Part shown: piece by piece, positions 48,077 through 57,908 of the stretch
Layout of the letters: the number at the start of each line of letters is the position of its first letter
How positions within the stretch are numbered: the first letter of the stretch is position 1
NCBI GenBank assembly: GCA_964472565.1
Contig: CAYYNB010000010.1
Location: 253 to 64,252 of the forward strand
Direction: 5' to 3'
Origin: an uncultured Anaerolineaceae bacterium
GTDB lineage: Bacteria > Chloroflexota > Anaerolineae > Aggregatilineales > Aggregatilineaceae
DNA length: 64,000 bases
Notes under the pieces: generated by a model
What the model saw: the letters and a program-made list of their open reading frames with translations, nothing else
Told to the model about the DNA's origin: nothing
The model's database searches: none
Made by a program: the position numbers and the translations under genes

Positions 48077-50800
48077 ATGCGAAAATTCTTTTTGACACTC
48101 ACCATTCTTTTTCTACTGAGTGTGCTAGGTGTGCTGGGTGTTCATGCCCAGGACGATATGCTGGTTCTGGCTTACGGTCAGATGATCGATGGCAGCCTCA
48201 ACGCTGATCAGCCGAGCGCGTTTTATGCCTTTGACGCGCTGCGTAACGATGTCATCACCATCACGATGGAAGTCACCGGCGGGGAAATTGATCCCTTCCT
48301 CGTGCTTAACGATTCGGCGCGCCGCCCACTCATCACCGATGATAACAGCGGCGGCGGTGTGAATGCACGCCTGACCTTTGTGATCCCTGGCGATGGGCGT
48401 TACATCATTCAATCGACGCATGCTGGCGGCGGTTTGGCGGAAATTACAGGTACCTTCCGCCTGACGTTAACCTCGGCGGGCTTTGAAGGTGAACCCGTTC
48501 TCGTTGATCCGGCGGCGGTCCAACCAGCTTTACCGACCCCCACACCTGCTGGCGAATCAACACCTGTCACTGAGCCTGCCGTTGAGTCGACCCCCGCCGT
48601 CTCAGATGCCCCGGTGGAACAGGGCGACAGCACCCGCCTTGTCGCGCTCACATCAGGTTCCCGGATCAACGACACCCTGACTCGTCAAACCCCGCTCCGT
48701 TTTTACTGGTTTGAGGCGGGTGAAGGCGATCAGGTGACGCTGACCCCTGAACCATTAGGGGCGTTCCAGCCGCTTTTGATCCTCTATAATGCCAGCTTCG
48801 CTGAAATTCAGCGCTCCGCCGATGGCACAGCGCTCACCGCGAGTTTTGACACTGACGGGATTTATTTTGTGTCCGTCTCAGTCCCCGCTGTCACCAGCGA
48901 GGGCGGCGATTACGGTTTTTCCTTCGATCTGCGCGGCAATCTGGCCCAGGAAGGCAACTTTATCGATGTGCTGTACGGCCAGAGCCAGCAGGGGACGATT
49001 GACAATAATATACCTGCGGTGACCTATCGTTTTTTTGGCTCGGCGGGCGATAACGTTACTATCAGTATGAGCCGCGTGGGCGGTGATCTGGACAGCTATC
49101 TCTACCTGTTCGACTCGAACGGGCAGCCTTTATTTGAGGACAATGACAGCGGCGGAACAGATGGAAACGCCCGGATTGTTTTTTCACTTCCCGCCGATGG
49201 AGCCTATCTCATTATGGCGACACGTTTGGGCCAGACACAGGGTACAACCAGCGGCAGTTATCTGCTTGATCTTCTTTCCGACGCCGCGCCGCCTGTGGTC
49301 CAGCCTACCGCCGCGCCCACGCTTCCCGCCGACTATGCCGACTTCCCGACCATCGCCTATGACCAGACCGTTGAAGGTCAAATCACCGCCGCGAAGTTTT
49401 TGGAAGTATATGTCTTTGAGGGCAAGCAGGACGATACGATTCTCGTCGAAATGAGCAGCCAGAATTCCGAGGAAGTGAATGGCCTCGATCCCATGCTGAT
49501 TCTGCTGGACGACAGCCGTATTCCCCTGATCGAAAACGATGACATTGTAGACGGCGAAGTGCGCGATTCCCGCATCGAATTTACGCTCCCCAAGACAGGT
49601 TATTACGCTATTGTTGCCACCCGTTTTGATCAGGAGAACGGCACCAGCGAAGGCGGCTACTCGCTCACCTTGACCGGTCCTGGCTCTTTTGAATCAACCC
49701 CGGAGAACGAAACACCTGTCGCCCAAACTCCGGTGACACGTATTCCGTCAACCGCCCTGGAACCCAGCGCGCCGCTACAGGCCATCTTTGATCAGCCGGT
49801 TACAGCCTACACCTTTAACGCGGCGGCCAATGTGGTTATCGACCTGACCATGACCACCGATCCAGGTGTTGATTCCGTGCTAATTCTGGCCGATCAAAAT
49901 CTAAATGAAGTGCTTTCCAGCGGCACGGGCGAACTGGCTGGCATCACCATTCCGGCGGACGGGGAATACCTTGTCCTCGTTGCCCCGCGCTTTGGTCCCG
50001 TCGAGGCAGCAGGCAGTGGTTATATTCTGGCGTTGTCTGGCGCGGGTGAAACCGGTGAACCTGAGACGGCGACTGCCGAAGTCATCGAAGGCCCTCAGCC
50101 GATCAATTTGGGTCAAACGGTGCGCGGGGTAATCGACGATACCAATGTCAGCATCATTTATACGTTCAGCGGTACAGCGGGCACACAGGTTCGCATCACG
50201 ATGGAAGCCGTCGCTGGCTCAACCCTTGACTGTTATATGGAGCTTCAGTCCGCCGATGGAACCGTGATCGATGCCAATGATGACATTGATCCGGGGGTGG
50301 TCCGTAATTCGCAGCTTGTGGTCGAACTTCCCGCGGATGGCGAATATCAGATTCTCGCCTCCCGTTATGTCGGGCCGGATGCCGACATTACATCGGGTGC
50401 CTTTGATCTCACCCTGGAAAACGTAACCGGACAGGACATCACCCCCCTGAACACGGATATGCTTCCCCTGAGCTATGGCGAAAGTGCGACAGGCGAGGTG
50501 AATGATGAACAGTACCTGCTGTTTTATGTCTTTGATGGCACGGCTGGTGATATCGTGACTATCCAGATCGATAATTTGAGCGGTAATCTGGACTCGGTTC
50601 TTTATTTGTATCAGTCTTCGACAGCAGGCTGGGTCAAAATGGCCGAAAATGACGACAGTCCAACCGGGGCCACCTTCGATGCCCTGTTAAGCAATATCGT
50701 GCTTCCGGTTACTGGCAAATACCTGATCGCCACCGGACGCTACGATCTGGAAACCGGCACGACGAGCGGAACCTTTTCGATCACCTTGAGCAAACAATAA
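48077..50800 (+). CDS. Secreted protein composed of about seven PPC (pre-peptidase C-terminal)-like repeat modules
   Basis: Signal peptide, then modules of about 110 aa sharing Y-F-x-G-x-x-GD-x-v-x-I, LD-x-x-L-x-L, NDD/DDS-G, ARI-x-F-x-LP-x-DG-x-Y-x-I-x-ATR, G-x-Y-x-L-x-L. No catalytic domain seen. Confidence 0.65.
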   Translation: MRKFFLTLTILFLLSVLGVLGVHAQDDMLVLAYGQMIDGSLNADQPSAFYAFDALRNDVITITMEVTGGEIDPFLVLNDSARRPLITDDNSGGGVNARLTFVIPGDGRYIIQSTHAGGGLAEITGTFRLTLTSAGFEGEPVLVDPAAVQPALPTPTPAGESTPVTEPAVESTPAVSDAPVEQGDSTRLVALTSGSRINDTLTRQTPLRFYWFEAGEGDQVTLTPEPLGAFQPLLILYNASFAEIQRSADGTALTASFDTDGIYFVSVSVPAVTSEGGDYGFSFDLRGNLAQEGNFIDVLYGQSQQGTIDNNIPAVTYRFFGSAGDNVTISMSRVGGDLDSYLYLFDSNGQPLFEDNDSGGTDGNARIVFSLPADGAYLIMATRLGQTQGTTSGSYLLDLLSDAAPPVVQPTAAPTLPADYADFPTIAYDQTVEGQITAAKFLEVYVFEGKQDDTILVEMSSQNSEEVNGLDPMLILLDDSRIPLIENDDIVDGEVRDSRIEFTLPKTGYYAIVATRFDQENGTSEGGYSLTLTGPGSFESTPENETPVAQTPVTRIPSTALEPSAPLQAIFDQPVTAYTFNAAANVVIDLTMTTDPGVDSVLILADQNLNEVLSSGTGELAGITIPADGEYLVLVAPRFGPVEAAGSGYILALSGAGETGEPETATAEVIEGPQPINLGQTVRGVIDDTNVSIIYTFSGTAGTQVRITMEAVAGSTLDCYMELQSADGTVIDANDDIDPGVVRNSQLVVELPADGEYQILASRYVGPDADITSGAFDLTLENVTGQDITPLNTDMLPLSYGESATGEVNDEQYLLFYVFDGTAGDIVTIQIDNLSGNLDSVLYLYQSSTAGWVKMAENDDSPTGATFDALLSNIVLPVTGKYLIATGRYDLETGTTSGTFSITLSKQ

Positions 50801-52282
50801 TTGAGGTGCCCGGTGTGGCGCTTAGCATTTTTTATCGTCTTGATCGCACTGGCTGCCGGACCTCTCCCGGCGGCTGGTGCTCGCCAGGGCGGGATCGCGC
50901 TTCCCTTTGGTGAGCCGGTTGTTGGGGCGCTGGACGATCAGAACTTCCGGCAAATCTACTACTTTGAGGTCCGCGCGGGTGATGTCATCGCGCTCACCAT
51001 GTCTACCATCGAAGGCGATCTCGACGCGATGATCCTGCTAACCGATGAGCGCGGGGTGATCATTGCCGAAAGCGATGATGAAGGCGCGGGCACTGATGCC
51101 CGGATCGAATCCAAGCACATTCCGGCGGATGGGCGCTACTTTGTGATCGCTACCCGGTTTGGGCAGGAACATGGCAGCACCAAGGGGGATTATTCACTGC
51201 TGTTGGAACGTGTGGGAACAGCGGCGGAAACTCCCGGCACAACCACCCTGCGGTACGGCGACAGCGTTTTGGGCACCATCACCCAGGATGCGCCGATGGT
51301 GTTCTATTTTGTCCAGGCCAAACGTGGCGACGTGCTGAATCTCGTCATGAAACGCACATCCGGCACCTTAGACCCCCATGTTGATTTGGCAACGGTTGAA
51401 GGGACAATTCTGGTTGCTAACGATGATGATCCCGAAGCGGCGGGGACGCTGGACGCCGCTATCGCCAATTATACTGTTACCCAGGATGGCCTGTATCTGA
51501 TTGTGGCGACTCGTTTTGGCCGCGAAGTCGGTGATACGCAGGGCACCTACGTCCTCAGCCTCACCCAGACCCCGCCCGAACAGTTAGGCGGTCAGCCCGA
51601 AACAGCCCGCCTCCTTGATTATGGCATGACCCTCGACGGGACTATTGATGATGAAGTTTTTGAGCGGTACTATCGGTTTGACGCCAGCCGGGGCGATGTG
51701 ATCACTGTGACCCTCACCGCCCAGGAGGGCAACCTGGACCCCCTGCTGAAGCTCCTTGATCAGAACTTGGAAGAACTATCCCAAAACGATAACAGCAGCG
51801 GCAAAGACGCACGCATTGCCGCCTTCACCATCCCCGATACTGGCTCTTACTACCTGCTGGCGACTCGTTTTGGCGGGCAGACGGGCAAAACGACGGGCAC
51901 CTTTGCGATTGATCTGAATGGCCGTGCGGGGGTAATGGGCGGGCAGGCCCTCGAAATTATGTATGGCGCAACTGTGACCGGAATGATCGACGCTCAGCAG
52001 AGTTCCGAAGAATATGTTTTTATGGGGCAAGAGGGAGATGTGATTCGTATCACGATGCAGCGAGCCTCCGGCGATCTGGATTCCCTGGTGACGCTGTACG
52101 ACAGCCAGCGCAAACAGCTTATTTTCAGCGATGACGACGGGGGCGAGAAAGATTCCCTCATTGACGAATTTGTGCTGCCGCGTGATGATATGTATTTCTT
52201 GGTCGCGTCACGGTACGAGCGCGACGCGGGGATAACAAGTGGGGCTTACATTTTAACGTTGGAATTAGTGCGGGCGGGGTGA
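50801..52282 (+). CDS. Secreted protein composed of four PPC-like repeat modules
   Basis: Same module consensus four times. Starts directly after the stop of the previous gene (TTG 50801, or GTG 50813 with GAGGTG upstream). Confidence 0.65.
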   Translation: MRCPVWRLAFFIVLIALAAGPLPAAGARQGGIALPFGEPVVGALDDQNFRQIYYFEVRAGDVIALTMSTIEGDLDAMILLTDERGVIIAESDDEGAGTDARIESKHIPADGRYFVIATRFGQEHGSTKGDYSLLLERVGTAAETPGTTTLRYGDSVLGTITQDAPMVFYFVQAKRGDVLNLVMKRTSGTLDPHVDLATVEGTILVANDDDPEAAGTLDAAIANYTVTQDGLYLIVATRFGREVGDTQGTYVLSLTQTPPEQLGGQPETARLLDYGMTLDGTIDDEVFERYYRFDASRGDVITVTLTAQEGNLDPLLKLLDQNLEELSQNDNSSGKDARIAAFTIPDTGSYYLLATRFGGQTGKTTGTFAIDLNGRAGVMGGQALEIMYGATVTGMIDAQQSSEEYVFMGQEGDVIRITMQRASGDLDSLVTLYDSQRKQLIFSDDDGGEKDSLIDEFVLPRDDMYFLVASRYERDAGITSGAYILTLELVRAG

Positions 52283-52292
52283 GGAGTCACGA

Positions 52293-53657
52293 GTGGGTGA
52301 AGCTGAGACGACAGAGAAAGTTCCTTATTGGAGAACGCTGCTTTATTCGCTGGGAAATGCCGCCGGGCTGTTAACCTACTGGACCTTCAATCAGTATATC
52401 CTCTACTTCTATACGACAGTCAAAGGCCTTGATCCCGCCTGGGTAGGGCGGGGTTGGTTCGCCTTTGGTTTCTGGAATGCCGTCAACGATCCTATCGCGG
52501 GCTGGCTGTCGGACCGCACCAGCACGCGTTGGGGACGCCGCCGCTTTTATATTGGTCTGCTGGCTGTCCCCGCCGCCATTGCCTTTGCGCTGATCTGGAT
52601 GCCGCCCTTCGATAAACACAATCCGACAGCCATGCTGGCCTACTTTCTGGTGATCATCAGCATCTACGATATGCTGCAAACCATCCTGACTTTGAACCAG
52701 GATGCGTTGTTCCCAGAGATGTACCAGGAAACCAGCAGCCGCGCGAATGGCGCGAGTATCCGGCAGCTCATCGGCTCGATTCTCGGCATGGGGTTGGCGA
52801 TTGGTGTCTCCCCGACCATCTATGAGCATTTCGGTTGGTCTGCGATGGCGGTGTTGTGGGGCGGCGTGGCTTCACTGCTCTATTTCGCCTCCCTGATCGG
52901 CATTCAGGAGAACGTTGCCTTTTCCAAACAGGAAAAAACGTCCCTGCGCGCGCAACTTCGTGTCGTACTGCGCAACCGGACCTTTTTAATTGTTTTATGC
53001 ATCAATTTTGCCACCCGCTTTATTTCTGCCGTGCTGGTCGCGGTCATGCCCTTTTATGCCAAATATGTTCTGCGCGTCAGCGACTCCAAGATCACACTGC
53101 TGACTATTCCCTTGTTTGCCGCCTCTGGCATTTCCGTTCTGGTCTGGCAGCAAATCATCAAACGGTATGGTTCTCGCGCCTCGATGATCGCCTCGATGAC
53201 TATTGCGGCTGTATTTGCGGTTCCCCTCCTGTTTGTGAATAGCCTGTGGGCTGCGGCTGTTATCCTGGGTTTGTTGGGGTTAGCGGTGGGCGGTACGGTT
53301 CTAGGACCCGATTTGCTCTTTGCCGAAGTTGTGGATGATGATTATGTCCGCACCGGGTTGCGCCGTGAGGGGATGTACCGGGGCATGTTAGGCTTTATCT
53401 ATCGTTTCCCGCCCGCCGTAGCCGGGTTGATTCTGGGGGAAGGGCTGTCTTGGGCTGGCTTCAATGAGGACTTAGGCCGGGTGCAGCCCGATGCGGTGGT
53501 TAACACCATCCGTGTTTTTTCCGCTGTGCTTCCGCTGCTGTCTGTGTTTTTTGGCATCCTGCTGCTGTTTGCCTATCCCCTCTATGGCAAGCACCTGCAC
53601 GACATCCAGCAGCGTGCCACCCACTTACGCCAACAGGCCGCCCGCCGCACCACGTAA
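52293..53657 (+). CDS. MFS transporter, glycoside-pentoside-hexuronide (GPH) cation symporter-like
   Basis: 12 TM helices. DRTSTRWGRRR loop typical of the GPH family. GTG start. Confidence 0.75.
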   Translation: MGEAETTEKVPYWRTLLYSLGNAAGLLTYWTFNQYILYFYTTVKGLDPAWVGRGWFAFGFWNAVNDPIAGWLSDRTSTRWGRRRFYIGLLAVPAAIAFALIWMPPFDKHNPTAMLAYFLVIISIYDMLQTILTLNQDALFPEMYQETSSRANGASIRQLIGSILGMGLAIGVSPTIYEHFGWSAMAVLWGGVASLLYFASLIGIQENVAFSKQEKTSLRAQLRVVLRNRTFLIVLCINFATRFISAVLVAVMPFYAKYVLRVSDSKITLLTIPLFAASGISVLVWQQIIKRYGSRASMIASMTIAAVFAVPLLFVNSLWAAAVILGLLGLAVGGTVLGPDLLFAEVVDDDYVRTGLRREGMYRGMLGFIYRFPPAVAGLILGEGLSWAGFNEDLGRVQPDAVVNTIRVFSAVLPLLSVFFGILLLFAYPLYGKHLHDIQQRATHLRQQAARRTT

Positions 53658-53658
53658 T

Positions 53659-53690
53659 AAAAACCGGGAGCGCAAAACTCCCGGTTTTAT
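53659..53690. terminator. Bidirectional rho-independent terminator
   Basis: AAACCGGGAG-7 nt-CTCCCGGTTT flanked by an A-run and a T-run, between convergent genes. Confidence 0.85.
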
Positions 53691-53993
53691 CTAAATCGAC
53701 GGATCATCCTGATTTTTATCTGGCACAGGAATGCTGGCTTTGACGCTGGAAGCAGCCGTCAGGTCTTCATCCTCGTCGAACTGGCGCTTCGGCTTTTCAT
53801 CGGGTTGTTCGGGCACAATCAGCATCAAAACAACGTAGAGCACGAATCCTGCGCCGCTGCTGAGCAGCGCCAGCGCGACAAAAACCAACCGGACCAGGGT
53901 TGGATCAACTTCAAGATATTCCGCAACGCCCCCACAAACCCCCGCAAACATGCGGTCTTTCGTGGATCGGTATAATCGTTTCTGAGGATTCAT
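53691..53993 (-). CDS. PspC domain-containing membrane protein
   Basis: LYRSTKDRMFAGVCGGVAEYLEVDPTLVRLVFV is the PspC signature. Confidence 0.85.
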   Translation of the reverse strand: MNPQKRLYRSTKDRMFAGVCGGVAEYLEVDPTLVRLVFVALALLSSGAGFVLYVVLMLIVPEQPDEKPKRQFDEDEDLTAASSVKASIPVPDKNQDDPSI

Positions 53994-54026
53994 CAGTTTA
54001 CACCCTCCTGTTTTTTAGATTATACG

Positions 54027-54707
54027 CTAGGACTGGGCGGATGGTTGCGCCGCTTTGAGATACGCCATGCTTTCGCCGTGTTGTTTGATAGTCTTGAGTT
54101 GCTGTGACAGGAATGCGAAATACATCACCTCAAAGATCAGGTTGTAAAGCGGACCAAATGGCCCATAGCTGAACCCACGCCACCGGGTAATTAACCGCGT
54201 GCTGCCCCCTTTGCGCCGTTCGAGCAGATACAGCGCCGAAAGGTCCTGCGTGATCCCAAATTGGCGCGGCAGTTCAAACCCTGCAAACAACAGTTGGCGG
54301 TTAGGTTCTACCTCGACGATTTTGTAGCCCCCATTCATCGTCATTTCTTTTTCAGGAGCAGACAAATCCTGGCGAATAAAAGTCACGCTCGGAATACCCT
54401 GATTATCCAGCATATCCAACGCGTAATAACCGCTGCGTTCACGTCCCATCTGTGCCAGCCAGGGCCATATCGCTTCGGCAGGCGCATCAATATTAATCGC
54501 GTGAGTCATCTGGAAATTCGGCTGCGGGATCAACTCATCACCAGGGAGTCGGCGCTGCGACTCGCCGAGCAGCGTTCCCCATTTCAACAGTTGAGGCCGC
54601 AGAAAGAAATAATAAGTCAACGATGCACAAGCGCTGACCAGTAATGGGAATCCAGAATTTTCATTCTTTTGGCTCACAGGTCGCTCCGGATGGTTAACAT
54701 TAGCCAA
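54027..54707 (-). CDS. Hypothetical membrane-anchored protein, possibly SRPBCC/START-like fold
   Basis: 226 aa. One N-terminal TM. The IDAPAEAIWPWLAQMGRERSGYY pattern recalls SRPBCC proteins. Weak call. Confidence 0.35.
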   Translation of the reverse strand: MANVNHPERPVSQKNENSGFPLLVSACASLTYYFFLRPQLLKWGTLLGESQRRLPGDELIPQPNFQMTHAINIDAPAEAIWPWLAQMGRERSGYYALDMLDNQGIPSVTFIRQDLSAPEKEMTMNGGYKIVEVEPNRQLLFAGFELPRQFGITQDLSALYLLERRKGGSTRLITRWRGFSYGPFGPLYNLIFEVMYFAFLSQQLKTIKQHGESMAYLKAAQPSAQS

Positions 54708-54925
54708 TTCGAACTATAACGCTCCCCTGCTGAGTTCGCAACCCTGCTGTTTTAATTTTTAATCATGAACTCCGCGTACAGCATACATTGTATTTTTGAT
54801 CGTCACTGGTTAGATTATAGGCGTGTACCCTCGGTTTATTCGTGAAATCTTCACAATGGATTGTGATAAATTTCCCAAGCCAATGATATAATGAGAGGGT
54901 TGTATGCAAGTCCTGTGGAGGGGTA

Positions 54926-56791
54926 ATGGAATACATCATCATCATGCTGCGTCAGACTCGGCCTTTTCGAAACCTGGATGACGACACGCTGGCAGTCATT
55001 GCATCTTTAGTCGAAGTGGTGAATTACCGGCCCCACCAATATTTGTTTCACGAACGTGGCCCGCGCGATTCGCTCATGATTATTTTGAGCGGCGAAGTGA
55101 TCATTACACATGGTATTGGGCAGCGCCCCTTTACCCTGACCACCCTTACCGCCGGAGCCATGTTAGGCGAGCGTCTGCTGTTAGGCAGTCAAACCCATGT
55201 AGCGTCGGCCTATGCCAATACGCCCGCCCGTGTCGCGCGTTTGCCCAAAGCGGCTATTGATAAACTGTACAACGAATATCCCGACGTTTATCAGCAGCTT
55301 GTTTTAGTCGCGGCGCAGAGTCTGGGTGAACGCCTGGATCACACCCGTGCCCAGTTGACCGGCAAACCGGCGCGCCCACAGTCGGGCCATTATCGCGTTG
55401 AGCATGATCTGCTCGGTGAGCGTGAAATCCCCGATGAATACTACTACGGTATCCAGACCGTTCGCGCTGTCGAAAACTTCCCAATCTCCGATACGCCGAT
55501 CAGCAAATATCCTTTTCTCATTGAAGCCCTCGGTTGTGTCAAGCAGGCGGCGGCGATGGCCAACCGCGATTTGCGCCTGTTAGAGCCGGAAGTCGCCAAG
55601 TCGATTATCATGGCCTGCGAAGAAGTCCGCCAGGGTACCTGGAACGATCAGTTTGTGGTTGATGTGATTCAGGGCGGTGCGGGGACTTCAACCAACATGA
55701 ATGCCAACGAAGTCATCGCCAACCGCGCCCTGGAACTCATGGGCCGCCAGCGGGGTGAATACAATGTGATTCATCCCCTCAATCATGTCAATCTGTCGCA
55801 AAGTACCAACGATGTCTATCCCACCGCGCTCAAACTGGCCTTGCATTTAGCGATCACCCAACTGTTAAATGTGATGGCCGAACTGCGCGACGCTTTTAAT
55901 GCCAAAGCGGGTGAGTTCAGCGACGTGATCAAAATGGGGCGTACTCAGCTTCAGGATGCGGTGCCCATGACCCTCGGTCAGGAATTTAGCACCTATGCCG
56001 TCATGACCGATGAAGACATCCAGCGCCTGCGCGAAGCGGCCCGTTTGATCCTGGAGATCAACATGGGAGCAACTGCCATTGGCACGGGCATCAACGCGCA
56101 TCCCGAATATGCCGGGTTGGTTTGCCGTTATCTCCGCCAGCTTACCGGAGTTGAATTTGTGACTGCGCCCAATCTGATCGAGGCCACCCAGGATACAGGT
56201 GTTTTTGTCCAGCTATCGGGCGTGCTTAAACGAATTGCGGTCAAGCTGTCCAAGTCCGCGACCGATCTGCGCTTGCTCTCGTCCGGTCCGCGTGCCGGGC
56301 TGTTTGAGGTTAATCTGCCTGCCGTACAACCCGGCTCATCGATCATGCCCGGCAAAGTGAATCCGGTGATCCCCGAAGTGGTCAATCAGGTGGCGTTTGA
56401 AGTTATGGGGAATGATGTAACGGTGACAATGGCAGCGCAGGCCGGGCAGTTGCAGCTAAATGTGATGGAGCCGGTAATCGCCTATGCGCTCTTTAACAGC
56501 CTGATGCACCTGCGTAATGCCTGTCAGGTGTACATTACGCGCTGTATTCAAGGCATCACCGCGAACAGGGATCACCTGCGTCGCATGGTCGAAAACTCAA
56601 TCGGTGTCGTGACCGCGCTCAATCCATACATCGGCTACGAAAATGCGACCATGATCGCCACCGAAGCGATTGAAACGGGACGCGGGGTGTACGAACTCGT
56701 TCTCGAACACGAACTGCTCACCCAAGATCAGTTGGACGATATTCTGAAGCCCGAAAATATGACCCATCCGCGCTGGGTCATGTCCAGGTAA
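54926..56791 (+). CDS. aspA: Cyclic-nucleotide-binding-like domain fused to aspartate ammonia-lyase (class II fumarase/aspartase family)
   Basis: Residues 1-150 are a CNB/Crp-type beta-roll (FRNLDDDTL...GEVIITH...GAMLGERLLL). From about residue 165: YRVEHDLLGEREIPDEYYYGIQTVRAVENF, TNMNANEV, GSSIMPGKVNPV signature. Confidence 0.85.
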   Translation: MEYIIIMLRQTRPFRNLDDDTLAVIASLVEVVNYRPHQYLFHERGPRDSLMIILSGEVIITHGIGQRPFTLTTLTAGAMLGERLLLGSQTHVASAYANTPARVARLPKAAIDKLYNEYPDVYQQLVLVAAQSLGERLDHTRAQLTGKPARPQSGHYRVEHDLLGEREIPDEYYYGIQTVRAVENFPISDTPISKYPFLIEALGCVKQAAAMANRDLRLLEPEVAKSIIMACEEVRQGTWNDQFVVDVIQGGAGTSTNMNANEVIANRALELMGRQRGEYNVIHPLNHVNLSQSTNDVYPTALKLALHLAITQLLNVMAELRDAFNAKAGEFSDVIKMGRTQLQDAVPMTLGQEFSTYAVMTDEDIQRLREAARLILEINMGATAIGTGINAHPEYAGLVCRYLRQLTGVEFVTAPNLIEATQDTGVFVQLSGVLKRIAVKLSKSATDLRLLSSGPRAGLFEVNLPAVQPGSSIMPGKVNPVIPEVVNQVAFEVMGNDVTVTMAAQAGQLQLNVMEPVIAYALFNSLMHLRNACQVYITRCIQGITANRDHLRRMVENSIGVVTALNPYIGYENATMIATEAIETGRGVYELVLEHELLTQDQLDDILKPENMTHPRWVMSR

Positions 56792-56793
56792 AA

Positions 56794-56829
56794 CAATCAA
56801 GCCCAGGCGCGTCGGTCGGGGCTTGATTG
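56794..56829. terminator. Hairpin terminator between convergent genes
   Basis: CAATCAAGCCC-13 nt-GGGCTTGATTG. Confidence 0.7.
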
Positions 56830-56835
56830 TTCTAC

Positions 56836-57813
56836 TTATCGTCGTAAGCTGAGTCCGAGGCGGCGCGCGTGTCCGTCAATATTCAGGATGCGCGCTTTAA
56901 CCGTGTCGCCTTCATGCACCACGTTGCGCGGGTGTAAAAAGTGGCCTTCAGCCAGCTCTGAAACGTGAATCAGCCCTTCGAGACCCTCTTCAATGCACGC
57001 GAACGCCCCAAAATCGACTACATTCGTAATCACGCCTTCCACAATCTGATCGATCTGGTAGCGCTGTTCCACCGTCTGCCACGGGTCCGGGCGCAGCCGT
57101 TTGAGACTCAGCGCTACCCGTCCCTGATCCTGATCCACATGCATCACATACACGCTGATCGTATCCCCGCGCGACAAAATATCTTTGGGATGTCCAACCC
57201 GCCCCCAGCTTAATTCGCTGATATGAATCAGCCCTTCCAGCCCGCCCAGGTCAACGAATACCCCGAAATCACACAAATTAGTGACCTGACCGCTGGAAAT
57301 CGCCCCTTCCCGTATGGTCTTGAGAATGCCCGCACGGGTACCGGGCTGGACTTGCGCAGCGCGTTCCGACAGAATAAGCCGGTTCTGAATCCGGTCCAGT
57401 TCGATCACGCGCAAGTTCACGCTGTTTCCCACGCGCGAGGCCAGGGCTTCCCGTCGTAGGCGGTTATCCGCCGTTGCTGGAAAATTCACGAGCTGGCTGG
57501 CTGGTACAAACCCCCGCAGCGAATTCCACTCGACCAGCAGCCCCCCTCGATTGTAGCCAATGATGCGCAGTTCTACGGTGGTATCTGAATCAAAAACTTG
57601 TTGCACTTGCTCCCAGTCAGCCAGTGATCCGCCAAAGGGGCTGGCCTGGATGGGTTGATCAAATTCAAAACTGTCCCAAAATGGATCTTTTTGCCGAGGT
57701 GCCCCCCCCTCAGCATCGATTTCACCTTCCTGTAAAAGGGCTTCCCAGTAACCCTCATCTGGGGGAAGGGGCGGAGAGGAGCTGTATTGCTGAACCTCTG
57801 AACTCATACGCAT
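56836..57813 (-). CDS. S1 RNA-binding domain protein (three S1 repeats; short ribosomal protein S1-like)
   Basis: Repeated GxV..v..fGaFV.l.g.eGLiHiSEl motifs, three times. Confidence 0.8.
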   Translation of the reverse strand: MRMSSEVQQYSSSPPLPPDEGYWEALLQEGEIDAEGGAPRQKDPFWDSFEFDQPIQASPFGGSLADWEQVQQVFDSDTTVELRIIGYNRGGLLVEWNSLRGFVPASQLVNFPATADNRLRREALASRVGNSVNLRVIELDRIQNRLILSERAAQVQPGTRAGILKTIREGAISSGQVTNLCDFGVFVDLGGLEGLIHISELSWGRVGHPKDILSRGDTISVYVMHVDQDQGRVALSLKRLRPDPWQTVEQRYQIDQIVEGVITNVVDFGAFACIEEGLEGLIHVSELAEGHFLHPRNVVHEGDTVKARILNIDGHARRLGLSLRR

Positions 57814-57908
57814 TTACCTTCCTCAACCTCATACCTAACGACCGATATCTGCTCTTTCCTTCCAGCAACGAGGCCATTATAGAAACCCTGAAAAAGCTTG
57901 TCAAACCG

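Noticed and set aside
48077-52282. A CRISPR-like or other non-coding repeat array suggested by periodic similarity
   Set aside because: The periodicity is at the protein-module level (~330 nt, divergent at DNA level) within long ORFs that have signal peptides. No short identical direct repeats with spacers occur anywhere in the window.
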